Virus record (IMG/VR): IMGVR_UViG_3300042991_000632
Coordinates: 27,036 to 91,035 of that record
Strand: one strand, 5' to 3'
DNA length: 64,000 nt
Origin: a virus
Lineage: Duplodnaviria > Heunggongvirae > Uroviricota > Caudoviricetes
The notes beneath the pieces were generated by a model, which did no database searches, had not been told where the DNA came from, and saw only the letters and a list, made by a program, of their open reading frames with translations. Below, piece by piece: positions 1 through 8,048 of this stretch (positions within the stretch are counted from its first letter, which is position 1; the number at the start of each line of letters is the position of its first letter). The position numbers and the translations under genes were made by a program.

Positions 1-1
1 C

Positions 2-130
2 AAACTGATTGGTGAGATCAAGGGATTGGAAAGCAAGAATCGTGATGTACTGGAACACATATGTTTACCTTATGATCGTGAGATAAAAGGTACGTTAGTT
101 GACATACTGAAAAAGGTTATGGTCTTTTGA
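2..130 (+). CDS. 3' end of an upstream gene (partial, starts before window)
   Basis: open frame from window edge to TGA at 128-130; same orientation as following genes. Confidence 0.35.
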   Translation, partial: KLIGEIKGLESKNRDVLEHICLPYDREIKGTLVDILKKVMVF

Positions 131-152
131 CCATAACTTTTTTTTCATTATA

Positions 153-185
153 ATGCAATAAAATGAAATAATTTACGTATATTTG
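153..185 (+). promoter_or_regulatory. recurring promoter-like motif (TGCAAT..TTTACGTATATTTG) upstream of 222..1388
   Basis: one instance of the TTGCAATAT-N(7-12)-TTTACGTAT motif found >=12 times upstream of gene starts in this window. Confidence 0.45.
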
Positions 186-221
186 TACAGAGATATTTAG
201 TATTAACTTAAAAACAAACAC

Positions 222-1388
222 ATGAAAAATGTAAATGCAATCAGGATCGGAAACGTGGTCAACGTTTCAATTGACGGCAAACTCCACAAGAAAAATTGTG
301 GCACTCCGGCAGAAGCAGATGACCTGTTCCGTCTTGTGCAGAGAATCAAGAATGATCCGTCAGATGAAAATCTGAAAGCGATCAGGTGTTACCTGAACGA
401 GAAACTTCGCATCGCATTCATGGCAGGTCTGGAAAGTGATCCCGATACTGGTGAAGTGTACCTTGCAGGTTTCAATACGCCTCTCCCAATGACACTGGTT
501 GAGATCGTCAAAGAATACCATGATAATGGTTATCCTCTGGAAGCAATAATCAACTTCTGGAAACTCCTGATGATCAACCCTGATGTTAGGGTAAGAAAGT
601 CGCTCTTTGACTTCATTACAACTCATGACTTCGTGCTTACCGATGCCGGATACATGGTTGTGTACAAGGCTGTTGCTTACAAGGAAAAGGTTGATAATGA
701 CCTGTCAGCATTCGTCAGCAATCAGTACCTGCATGTTAAGAAGGATTGGGGTTGCTCACCGAACAAGTACGTGGTGTATATTCACCCTGAAACTGGTGAG
801 TACATGATCACCAAAATCGAAACTGCCGAAGGTTGGAACGAGGAAGTTACTATACTTGGCAAACTTGGTGATCTGTTCATGGACATCTTTGAGGATGACA
901 AGGACAACAACCAGTCGGTGTATACAGATAAGCATACCCGTCAGATGTCCATCGAACTTGGCGTACCTGTACGCATGGAGAGGGGTGAATGCGATGGTGA
1001 TCCGTCAATAGATTGTTCATACGGTCTGCACGTTGGTGCAACCAAATACGTTGAACACTTTGGTTCAGACGGTGATGCAGTCCTTGTTTGCCTTGTCAAT
1101 CCGGCACACGTGGTCGCTGTACCTAACTATGACCATTCCAAAATGAGGGTGGCTGAATACTTCCCGTTTGCTGTTGCATCATACACTAACGGTAAGATCG
1201 ACATCATCGAACAGGCATACTTTGAGTCAGATTATCAGGAATACGAGATCGAAGAACTCGAAAGGCAGATCGCTAATGTACAGGCAAATGAGAAGCCTGT
1301 TGAGACAGCAATCAATGCAGAGGAAGAAGATCGCCCGATGACTGAACTCATGAAGATACTGGAAACAAGGTTGTTTGATATCGAGTAA
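222..1388 (+). CDS. hypothetical protein (388 aa)
   Basis: long ATG-initiated ORF followed by a hairpin terminator; no motif recognised. Confidence 0.6.
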   Translation: MKNVNAIRIGNVVNVSIDGKLHKKNCGTPAEADDLFRLVQRIKNDPSDENLKAIRCYLNEKLRIAFMAGLESDPDTGEVYLAGFNTPLPMTLVEIVKEYHDNGYPLEAIINFWKLLMINPDVRVRKSLFDFITTHDFVLTDAGYMVVYKAVAYKEKVDNDLSAFVSNQYLHVKKDWGCSPNKYVVYIHPETGEYMITKIETAEGWNEEVTILGKLGDLFMDIFEDDKDNNQSVYTDKHTRQMSIELGVPVRMERGECDGDPSIDCSYGLHVGATKYVEHFGSDGDAVLVCLVNPAHVVAVPNYDHSKMRVAEYFPFAVASYTNGKIDIIEQAYFESDYQEYEIEELERQIANVQANEKPVETAINAEEEDRPMTELMKILETRLFDIE

Positions 1389-1409
1389 TTCTAAGTGTCT
1401 CTGTCGAAT

Positions 1410-1438
1410 CCCCTGCACTCCGGTGCGGGGGATTTTTA
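1410..1438 (+). terminator. rho-independent terminator
   Basis: CCCCTGCAC-TCCGG-GTGCGGGGG hairpin followed by TTTTTAT directly after stop of 222..1388. Confidence 0.65.
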
Positions 1439-1474
1439 TAAGCAGGTGATCGTAACATTCTTAATTAAAAACTC

Positions 1475-1765
1475 ATGACAACACGAATGAAAGCAAAGGA
1501 TTATAGTAAGGAATATAAAGACCTTACATCGAAGCAAGATACATTTAATGTACGGGTGAGAGCACGCTTACTTGAACTCTGTCAGCAACATCCTGATACC
1601 ATTATAACTACAATGGGTGACACGAATGTTAAAGCCAAATCAATTGGTAGCAAGAATTATATCGACACCATAGAAGTGGTTGCCTGTATTATGTGCATTG
1701 AGAAAATTGAAAAATATCTCGAAACACAACACCCGCATAAGCAAACTACAATTGAAGGTTTTTAA
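1475..1765 (+). CDS. hypothetical protein (96 aa)
   Basis: co-oriented ORF; no motif recognised. Confidence 0.45.
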   Translation: MTTRMKAKDYSKEYKDLTSKQDTFNVRVRARLLELCQQHPDTIITTMGDTNVKAKSIGSKNYIDTIEVVACIMCIEKIEKYLETQHPHKQTTIEGF

Positions 1766-1781
1766 TTAAAAACTCTTAGCA

Positions 1782-2288
1782 ATGGAAGCACTAAAGAAAA
1801 GACAATTAAAGCGGAAGGTTCGCATATTCAATACAATCAGTTTTGTGTTGGTAGGTGTCTTCTTCCTGTTGATAACACTGATGATAGTATCCAATGATTT
1901 GTTTGGAGCACCCTTGGGAGAAGTGATATCTCCAGTGATAGCAATAGCAGTGTTAATAGTAACACTCTTCACTCCACTGGTACTGGTAACCTATTCATCA
2001 GTATATCGTGGTCAATTGATCCAATATAAGAACGGTATCCGGGCATACAGGGAACGAAAGGTATACCAACAGATAATGGATATGTTGTTAACTGGAGACC
2101 TGACAGGTGCTGTTAAACTGTATAACCAGTACAAGTTCGAAAGCAGCAGACAAATGGCTGATGCACTGTACTGTGTCCTGATTACCGAATTAAAGAATTC
2201 ATCAGACCCGGAGTCCCGGAACAAGGGTATGAACAAACTTGAAAAACTAAGGAATCATTTTGCACTGGGTAATGTAGTTTTATTCTGA
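1782..2288 (+). CDS. membrane protein (168 aa, 2-3 TM helices)
   Basis: long hydrophobic segments (VLVGVFFLLITLMIV..., VIAIAVLIVTLFTPLVLV). Confidence 0.5.
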   Translation: MEALKKRQLKRKVRIFNTISFVLVGVFFLLITLMIVSNDLFGAPLGEVISPVIAIAVLIVTLFTPLVLVTYSSVYRGQLIQYKNGIRAYRERKVYQQIMDMLLTGDLTGAVKLYNQYKFESSRQMADALYCVLITELKNSSDPESRNKGMNKLEKLRNHFALGNVVLF

Positions 2289-2301
2289 TAATAATACGAC
2301 A

Positions 2302-2415
2302 ATGGAAACAATAGTAACAGATAAGCAAGCAATAGTAATACTACTGTGTATATTTGCAGGTGGTATAGCATTCGGATTATTGATAGGTTACCTCAGTGGA
2401 AAATTCAAACAATAA
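2302..2415 (+). CDS. small hydrophobic peptide (37 aa)
   Basis: ATG embedded in an 18-nt sequence duplicated at the next gene start; single TM segment; below ORF-track size cut-off. Confidence 0.25.
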   Translation: METIVTDKQAIVILLCIFAGGIAFGLLIGYLSGKFKQ

Positions 2416-2427
2416 CATTATACGACA

Positions 2428-2772
2428 ATGGAAACAATCAAAACAAAAATCAAACAGTTGCTGCTGCTCAGTAACACCGAGGTCGATAATCTTATGGTAA
2501 AGATGAGACAGCAGGAGAAGATGTGGAATGAACTTAGCCAACTTGCCCGGAACAACAACACGCTTCTGGGACGCATAGTTAAATTCCAGTATGCTGATTC
2601 GCATGCATACTACATTATAACTAAGGTGAACAAACGTAATGTCGTCATCACATGGCTCGATTACTGTGACAGGTGGGTTGATGACAGATGTGGAAAGAAT
2701 GCATATCTCTCACTGGAGTATGCTGCAGAACTTATCAGAAGAGAAGATTCAACATGTAAAGTATACGACTGA
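2428..2772 (+). CDS. hypothetical protein (114 aa)
   Basis: co-oriented ORF; start lies in duplicated 18-mer TACGACAATGGAAACAAT. Confidence 0.5.
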   Translation: METIKTKIKQLLLLSNTEVDNLMVKMRQQEKMWNELSQLARNNNTLLGRIVKFQYADSHAYYIITKVNKRNVVITWLDYCDRWVDDRCGKNAYLSLEYAAELIRREDSTCKVYD

Positions 2773-2774
2773 GA

Positions 2775-2993
2775 ATGTACGCTATATCTAATAACAAACG
2801 AAAGTACTCTTCGACTCCCATTGTACATCTGTCGATGGGAGCGGATGGTAAACCACAGGAAGAGATTGTACTAATCTCCACCCTGAAGAAGAAGGAAGGG
2901 GACGAACTATCAGCACGCATTGTACGACTCCTGAATGATAACCTCTGGACGCAACCCGGAATGGCATCAATGTACGATCCAAATAAAAAATAA
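2775..2993 (+). CDS. hypothetical protein (72 aa)
   Basis: co-oriented ORF abutting previous stop. Confidence 0.4.
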   Translation: MYAISNNKRKYSSTPIVHLSMGADGKPQEEIVLISTLKKKEGDELSARIVRLLNDNLWTQPGMASMYDPNKK

Positions 2994-3011
2994 ATTTTGT
3001 TGATAAATTAA

Positions 3012-3045
3012 TATTGCATTTTACGAAACATATATTATTTTTACA
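3012..3045 (+). promoter_or_regulatory. promoter-like motif (TTGCATTTTACG...) upstream of macro-domain gene
   Basis: compressed variant of the recurring TTGCA/TTTACG motif; ORF-track start at 3014 is a TTG inside this motif, so ATG 3050 is preferred. Confidence 0.35.
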
Positions 3046-3049
3046 ATCG

Positions 3050-3505
3050 ATGAGAATCAAATATACCATAGGAGACGCAACAAGACCCAAGGGGGACGGC
3101 GAGAAGATCATCTGCCACATATGCAATGATATGGGTGCTTGGGGTGCAGGATTCGTTTTAGCATTGTCCGCCCGGTGGAGCGATCCTGAAGAAGCATACA
3201 GGGATACACCAAGGGAAGAACTTGAATTAGGTAACGTCATGATCGTCCCGGTAGAAGATGATATCTTAGTCGCCAACATGATTGCGCAGCATAACGTCTA
3301 CCCGGATCACAATGGTCTGCCACCCATACGTTACAATGCCGTGCGCAAATGTCTTACTGCAGTAAACAAACTGGCGGAAGAGATTGGTGCAACGCTGCAC
3401 ATGCCCCGGATAGGATCAGGACTCGCTGGGGGACGCTGGGAAGATATCGAGAAGATCATTGAAGAAGTTGTTACAGTGAACGTTACGGTATATGATCTCA
3501 AGTAA
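3050..3505 (+). CDS. macro-domain protein (ADP-ribose binding/processing)
   Basis: N-terminal YTIGDAT...ICHICNDMGAWGAG and C-terminal PRIGSGLAGGRWEDIEKII match macro-domain fold signatures. Confidence 0.7.
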   Translation: MRIKYTIGDATRPKGDGEKIICHICNDMGAWGAGFVLALSARWSDPEEAYRDTPREELELGNVMIVPVEDDILVANMIAQHNVYPDHNGLPPIRYNAVRKCLTAVNKLAEEIGATLHMPRIGSGLAGGRWEDIEKIIEEVVTVNVTVYDLK

Positions 3506-3515
3506 TACTTTAGGT

Positions 3516-3770
3516 ATGAGCAGGAATACAATATATGAAGACGATAAGATATTACTCATTGACGGTGAGGATGACATATCAGGTAAGTTTGTAATGATGT
3601 TTGACCGGGACTTGGAACATGAATCACTCGATGGTGAGGGTCTGGTAATGGACTGGTCAGAGGTCTCCGGGTATAAGATAAACTACACCGGGTATCCCAG
3701 CAGCATGACTCCTAAAACTATTGCTCATAATTACATTCAAGATAAACAACACAACTCAATAAAAAAATAA
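3516..3770 (+). CDS. hypothetical protein (84 aa)
   Basis: ORF; start moved to second ATG to avoid overlap with macro gene stop. Confidence 0.4.
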   Translation: MSRNTIYEDDKILLIDGEDDISGKFVMMFDRDLEHESLDGEGLVMDWSEVSGYKINYTGYPSSMTPKTIAHNYIQDKQHNSIKK

Positions 3771-3797
3771 CATGGATCACAATAATATACTATCTTT

Positions 3798-4211
3798 ATG
3801 CAGAGGGAACTTTTACTATCACCTGACTTCATCTTGCCTAACCACACTTCAGAGTTATCAAAGGCAGAAGACATTATTGAAAAACTAAAAACCAGATTAA
3901 AGCGAATACAAGAAACTAAAAGCATTACCGATAAGAAACATACTGAACTGTATGAGGAAGCAATCATTGTGCTTGATTACGTTGGTAGATTGTCCACCCC
4001 GGTCTTCGAGATCGAAGAAACACTTGAGAAAATGTACATACTCAAATATCCTAAAGCACCAGCATTGTCCAAGAAACTATTCTGGGATCATTATGATGAT
4101 CTTCACCATCCTTACACAATACTAAAGAACCGTTGCTTCAGAATACTTGAAGACCTTGATAAAGAATTCCAGAAACGTATGAAGCGTAATCCACCCAACT
4201 GGAATATATAA
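3798..4211 (+). CDS. hypothetical protein (137 aa)
   Basis: co-oriented ORF followed by hairpin terminator. Confidence 0.5.
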   Translation: MQRELLLSPDFILPNHTSELSKAEDIIEKLKTRLKRIQETKSITDKKHTELYEEAIIVLDYVGRLSTPVFEIEETLEKMYILKYPKAPALSKKLFWDHYDDLHHPYTILKNRCFRILEDLDKEFQKRMKRNPPNWNI

Positions 4212-4254
4212 TATTGTTTGTCTGTCTGTTTGTTTTTCTTTTTTCATTGTCCGA

Positions 4255-4288
4255 AGTCCCTGTGCTTAATGTACGGGGACTTTTATTT
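4255..4288 (+). terminator. rho-independent terminator
   Basis: AGTCCCTGT-N-ACGGGGACT hairpin followed by TTTTATTTT. Confidence 0.65.
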
Positions 4289-4304
4289 TACACAATGTTC
4301 AAAA

Positions 4305-4620
4305 TATAATTGTACGTTTATTATATTGTCCAGATAGCAATATCCTATTGTACAGTTTTTATTTAAGAACCCTATTGTACGCATGGAAATTCTTCATGGA
4401 CATAATGTCCATGCGTGTGTCCATGATATTGTCCAGATAAATCTTCAGACCTGATTGTACAGTTTTTATTTAAGAATCATTGTCAACGCTATTGTCCGAG
4501 GTTGAATCATTTAAACTTAATAATTGTCCAACCTTCATGGCAATAAACATAACCCAACTTAGTAAAGAAAATCCTACACAGAAAAGTGCGTCACTCAAAT
4601 AAATCCTATTGTCCGAGTCC
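4305..4620. repeat. iteron cluster: >=9 copies of ATTGT(A/C)C core plus two longer direct repeats
   Basis: CTATTGTACAGTTTTTATTTAAGAA at ~4345 and TGATTGTACAGTTTTTATTTAAGAA at ~4452; CTATTGTCCGAG at ~4490 and ~4605; further ATTGTAC/ATTGTCC copies. Confidence 0.65.
4394..4412. repeat. perfect 9-1-9 palindrome CATGGACATAATGTCCATG
   Basis: read directly from sequence; embedded in the iteron cluster. Confidence 0.7.
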
Positions 4621-4880
4621 CTGACAAGATAAAATGAATATGCCAGCGATGCCAACACTCCAACCAAATAAATGTATAACCCTAATGACATGTTGCAGAA
4701 ACTTATTATTATAAATAAATACGGCTATAACATTTTTTAAAATACTGATAGCCGTTAAAAAAATATAATAAACAATTGACGCAACATGGCTTAAAGGTTG
4801 ACCAGACTTTGCAACAAATTTATTCTGATCAGTCGTTTTATAAATTTTTATAATTTCAGTTTTCTAAAATAAAATTATTG

Positions 4881-4960
4881 GGGAGACGATGAACGTGGGG
4901 GGCAGACGTTTTCCGCCATTTTTCCCCACAATCCCCCACCAACGTTGTACGTACAGCGTC
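4881..4960. other. GC-rich structured element inside AT-rich intergenic region
   Basis: GGGGAGACG...AACGTGGGGGG...CCCCACAATCCCCCACCAACGTTGTACGTACAG; long-range complementarity AACGTGGGGG / CCCCCACCAACGTT and GTACGTAC palindrome. Confidence 0.35.
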
Positions 4961-5153
4961 TAACTATCTGATACTCAATGTCTATAAATTTTTATTAATA
5001 AGTACAAAAAGTTACATAAAATTATAAATCAGGTACGATAACATATAATTATAGTACATATAAACATCTTAGTAAAGTACTATGAGACTGTCAATTATAT
5101 TTAAATGCTTATAACACAATTACTTATATAACATATTTAACTACTATAAATAA

Positions 5154-5185
5154 CAAAAAAATCCCCGTCATTACTGGCGGGGAAA
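5154..5185 (-). terminator. rho-independent terminator (minus strand)
   Basis: TCCCCG-N10-CGGGGA hairpin with A7 on plus strand (T-run on minus) just downstream of GHKL gene stop. Confidence 0.65.
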
Positions 5186-5218
5186 TTATACTATTACAAT
5201 AAGATAATTTCGATAGTC

Positions 5219-6856
5219 TTATCTATATATTTTATCTTTCAGGTAGTCGCTCCAAGATATCATGAAGTTATCTATGAATGCATATTTATCCTCATGGTCT
5301 ATGTCACCATTAAATTCTTTTATCTTGTCGAAGATATTATACAGGGTACTGAACTGAGCAAGCACCGATGTATATATGACATCAATGAGTGCTTTCTTAC
5401 CCATGAGGTTCAGTTTAGTGAATCTATCGACATAGAATTTATGGTCAAGGTTCAACTGGATTTCGTATTTAGTTCCGCCTTTGTAAATAGGTTTAAAGAA
5501 ACTACCTCTTTCTCCGGCATTAGAATACGTAATTGTATAAGGTCTGTTCTTACTGCCTTGTGGACGACCACTGGTCTTCTTTTCTTTTTCGACATCAGTT
5601 GTAGTATCATCGGTAGGTTTATCAACTTCAACAGTTGGTTTTTCCTTTTCCAGTTTTTCATCAGCAATGAACTTAGGAAAGTTAGGGTTTATCATATCGT
5701 CTTGAATTATATCATCAACGTCTTTATCGTTAACCCCGGCATTGATTTCTATCTCCTTGCTCTTTGCTCTTTTGTATGACATGCCATTAAAGGTTTTCAC
5801 ATCCTGACGTATCACATCAAGGATTGCTTGCATCGGGTCAATAGCAATCTTCTTATTATCTATACCAAAATACTTATCAAATTTCGAGTTGTATCTTAGT
5901 TCGGCACGGAAGAAGTTAGAGTGAGGATGTTTTGTGAACAGTTCAAATGTTCTTGCTCTTACTATCTGTCTGTTGTTACGCAAGACATAGATACCCTGAT
6001 TGGGAACATTTGGTTCAATTGGGTTTACACCGTTTTTATCTCCGTTGCTTGCTTTAGCATCTGCGGAGACATGGTAGAAGTCCATATGGAATATAACTTC
6101 TTCACCATCGATTACGACCTTATACTCATTTGATTCTTCATCGTTAAGTCTGTCTGTACCTTTAAGGTTAGTACACATCGGGTCAACTGGTTCAACTTTG
6201 ATTACCTTTTGTTTCAGACCTGAGAGTACGTAGAAAGATACCTTGTCATCGTTTTTCTTTGTAGAAAGCAGGTAACGATAATATTCTCCGACCTTACGGA
6301 TAGTCATTGAAGTTACGCTTTGTGAGTTTTTGTTCTTAACTTTATCCAGTTCATTAAGTTCCAGATAAGTTCCGGTGGAGTCACCAGCATAGGTAAGAAA
6401 CTTTGTGATTTCAGCATCATCAGACGGTCTTACTTCGGGAAAGTCCCAAGTATTGTTAATGATACCGAGTTTACTGTCATAGACAGCAGTGAGGTAATTA
6501 CCATCAGCATGTTTAGTTATGATGGTGAATTTTCTTGCGAGTGAAAGACATGCTGCCTTTAATCCGCTTCCGTAGTTGCCAAATTCTTCGCCATGTTCAG
6601 AATTCTTTCCGGTCTCTGATCCCAAGCGAAGTGCTTCGATAAGTGTTTCCTCTGTCATACCGCATCCGTTGTCTGCGATAAACATCGAATCTGCTTCGAA
6701 GTTAAAATGGCTGATGATTCTTTTGTTCTCGATTTCGTTTAATGCATCGAAGGAGTTATCACATAATTCCCTGAATGCTTTGTCGAAGTCGTAACCATGA
6801 TCTCTCAGTGAGAGCAAGTACCGAGGATTCGGTACAAAATTCGAATTGTTTTTCAT
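5219..6856 (-). CDS. GHKL-superfamily ATPase (HATPase_c-like) with AT-hook-like GRP motif
   Basis: N-box ELCDNSFDA, G1 box DNGCGM, G2 box GNYGSGLK; KKTSGRPQGSKNRP AT-hook-like segment; no TOPRIM motif seen. Confidence 0.8.
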   Translation of the reverse strand: MKNNSNFVPNPRYLLSLRDHGYDFDKAFRELCDNSFDALNEIENKRIISHFNFEADSMFIADNGCGMTEETLIEALRLGSETGKNSEHGEEFGNYGSGLKAACLSLARKFTIITKHADGNYLTAVYDSKLGIINNTWDFPEVRPSDDAEITKFLTYAGDSTGTYLELNELDKVKNKNSQSVTSMTIRKVGEYYRYLLSTKKNDDKVSFYVLSGLKQKVIKVEPVDPMCTNLKGTDRLNDEESNEYKVVIDGEEVIFHMDFYHVSADAKASNGDKNGVNPIEPNVPNQGIYVLRNNRQIVRARTFELFTKHPHSNFFRAELRYNSKFDKYFGIDNKKIAIDPMQAILDVIRQDVKTFNGMSYKRAKSKEIEINAGVNDKDVDDIIQDDMINPNFPKFIADEKLEKEKPTVEVDKPTDDTTTDVEKEKKTSGRPQGSKNRPYTITYSNAGERGSFFKPIYKGGTKYEIQLNLDHKFYVDRFTKLNLMGKKALIDVIYTSVLAQFSTLYNIFDKIKEFNGDIDHEDKYAFIDNFMISWSDYLKDKIYR

Positions 6857-6971
6857 AATACATTAAATTTTGCGATTGAATCTATTGCGATCCAATCTGA
6901 TTAATAATAATTTTTCGATACAAAGATAAACATAATATTTAGATTTCCAAATTATTTTCAATATATTTTAT

Positions 6972-7003
6972 AAAAAAAATCCCCGGCATTTCTGACGGGG
7001 ACT
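6972..7003 (-). terminator. rho-independent terminator (minus strand)
   Basis: TCCCCGGCATTTCTGACGGGGA hairpin preceded by A8 on plus strand; isolates GHKL gene from upstream gene. Confidence 0.65.
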
Positions 7004-7098
7004 TTCCTAACCTAACATTCACTAATGAAACAAACAAAACAAAACATTGACAAATATAATAAAAAGAAATTGAAATGCAAACAATTTATCAATTATTT

Positions 7099-7671
7099 TT
7101 ATTCAATTCCCAATTTTTTTCTTTCAACCTCAAGATACTTTTCGATATCAAGTTTCAGGAAGTTATCCAAGTACATCACATCGGTTTTTTTTATCATTTC
7201 GATCCACCCGTATTCTTTGTCGAGTTTACGGACATGTTCCTTGAAGTGTTCTTTTATGACAAGGTGTGCTATTTTTTTATTAGTATCTCCGTTACCTTTT
7301 ATTGGTACTCTTCCGTATTCGAAATGTTGTTCAAGGAAACGATATATTTCAAGTGGTGTTATCCATATATATTCTTTACCTGTGATGAAGACCCAATACT
7401 TTGCTTTGGTTACAGATAATGCTGAAAGTACTCCACTCATTTCAACTTCGATTAAGTAATTAGGTGTATAGTTTGATTTATAGTCCATTTTAACTTCAAT
7501 ACCATATACTACTTCTGGAATCCAGATATCCCAATCGCTTTTTGCTTTCTTTTTGCTGTCGGGTCTTGTGCCTTTATCAATAAATGCTTGTGGGTGCTGT
7601 CTCAATATTCTTTTGACTATTGCAATTTCTCCAACGTCACCCGCTTTTAATGATTCATAAAATTCTGCCAT
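7099..7671 (-). CDS. hypothetical protein, possible PD-(D/E)xK nuclease fold
   Basis: D...IPEVVYGIEVK arrangement resembles the D-x(n)-E-x-K restriction-endonuclease-like core. Confidence 0.45.
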   Translation of the reverse strand: MAEFYESLKAGDVGEIAIVKRILRQHPQAFIDKGTRPDSKKKAKSDWDIWIPEVVYGIEVKMDYKSNYTPNYLIEVEMSGVLSALSVTKAKYWVFITGKEYIWITPLEIYRFLEQHFEYGRVPIKGNGDTNKKIAHLVIKEHFKEHVRKLDKEYGWIEMIKKTDVMYLDNFLKLDIEKYLEVERKKLGIE

Positions 7672-7676
7672 TGTTT

Positions 7677-7784
7677 ATCCTTTCTTTCTCGCAACGTTTC
7701 TCACATGGGGTCTCACTCTGGTCATTTTACCCTTTTTCGAAACCCTTCTGGTAGCAGCGATCTTTTTATACTTTACTTTCATTG
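7677..7784 (-). CDS. very basic 35-aa peptide (MKVKYKKIAATRRVSKKGKMTRVRPHVRNVARKKG)
   Basis: ORF ends 4 nt before ATG of 7099..7671; not in ORF track (short). Confidence 0.2.
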
Positions 7785-7797
7785 TAAATTATTTTTA

Positions 7798-7989
7798 TCA
7801 CCCAATTAATTTTGCTTTATTAATTCTTTCAACAGCAACAACGCTTACAAGGAAGTTAAACTGTTGTGGTGTTATTAGGTATCTTTTACAAAAATCATTA
7901 CTTTCAGCATCCCTAAACATTTTAAGGTTGTTATGCAGTCTGATTTCTTTTAATGCATCTATTGCATCTGCTATACTAATTACTGGCAT
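7798..7989 (-). CDS. hypothetical protein (63 aa)
   Basis: co-oriented packed ORF. Confidence 0.35.
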   Translation of the reverse strand: MPVISIADAIDALKEIRLHNNLKMFRDAESNDFCKRYLITPQQFNFLVSVVAVERINKAKLIG

Positions 7990-8048
7990 GTTACTTCTCC
8001 TTTATTTTAAAACACACATAAGGAATAAATAGATTTTTCATCTTGCTT

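Noticed and set aside
3014-3049. ORF-track start of macro gene at 3014 and of SprT-like gene at 49378
   Set aside because: Codons at these positions are TTG/GTG lying inside promoter-like motifs. In-frame ATGs at 3050 and 49321 fit the domain boundaries better.
5294-5779. Opposite-strand ORFs nested inside well-supported genes (e.g. 5294..5779+ and 5921..6133+ inside the GHKL gene; 29744..30145+ and 29857..30114+ inside the E/R-rich gene; 41754..42344+ inside Thg1-like gene; 51638..52198- inside GIY-YIG gene; 37272..37758+ inside helicase; 57819..58070- and 58909..59103- inside fibre genes)
   Set aside because: They are low-complexity mirror frames of the real genes, have no motifs and would require massive antisense overlap. 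Treated as spurious.
5219-6856. GHKL protein as a type II topoisomerase (T4 gp39-like) subunit
   Set aside because: No TOPRIM (E..G...DxD) or GyrB transducer/QTK motifs, and no adjacent gp52/gp60-like partner.
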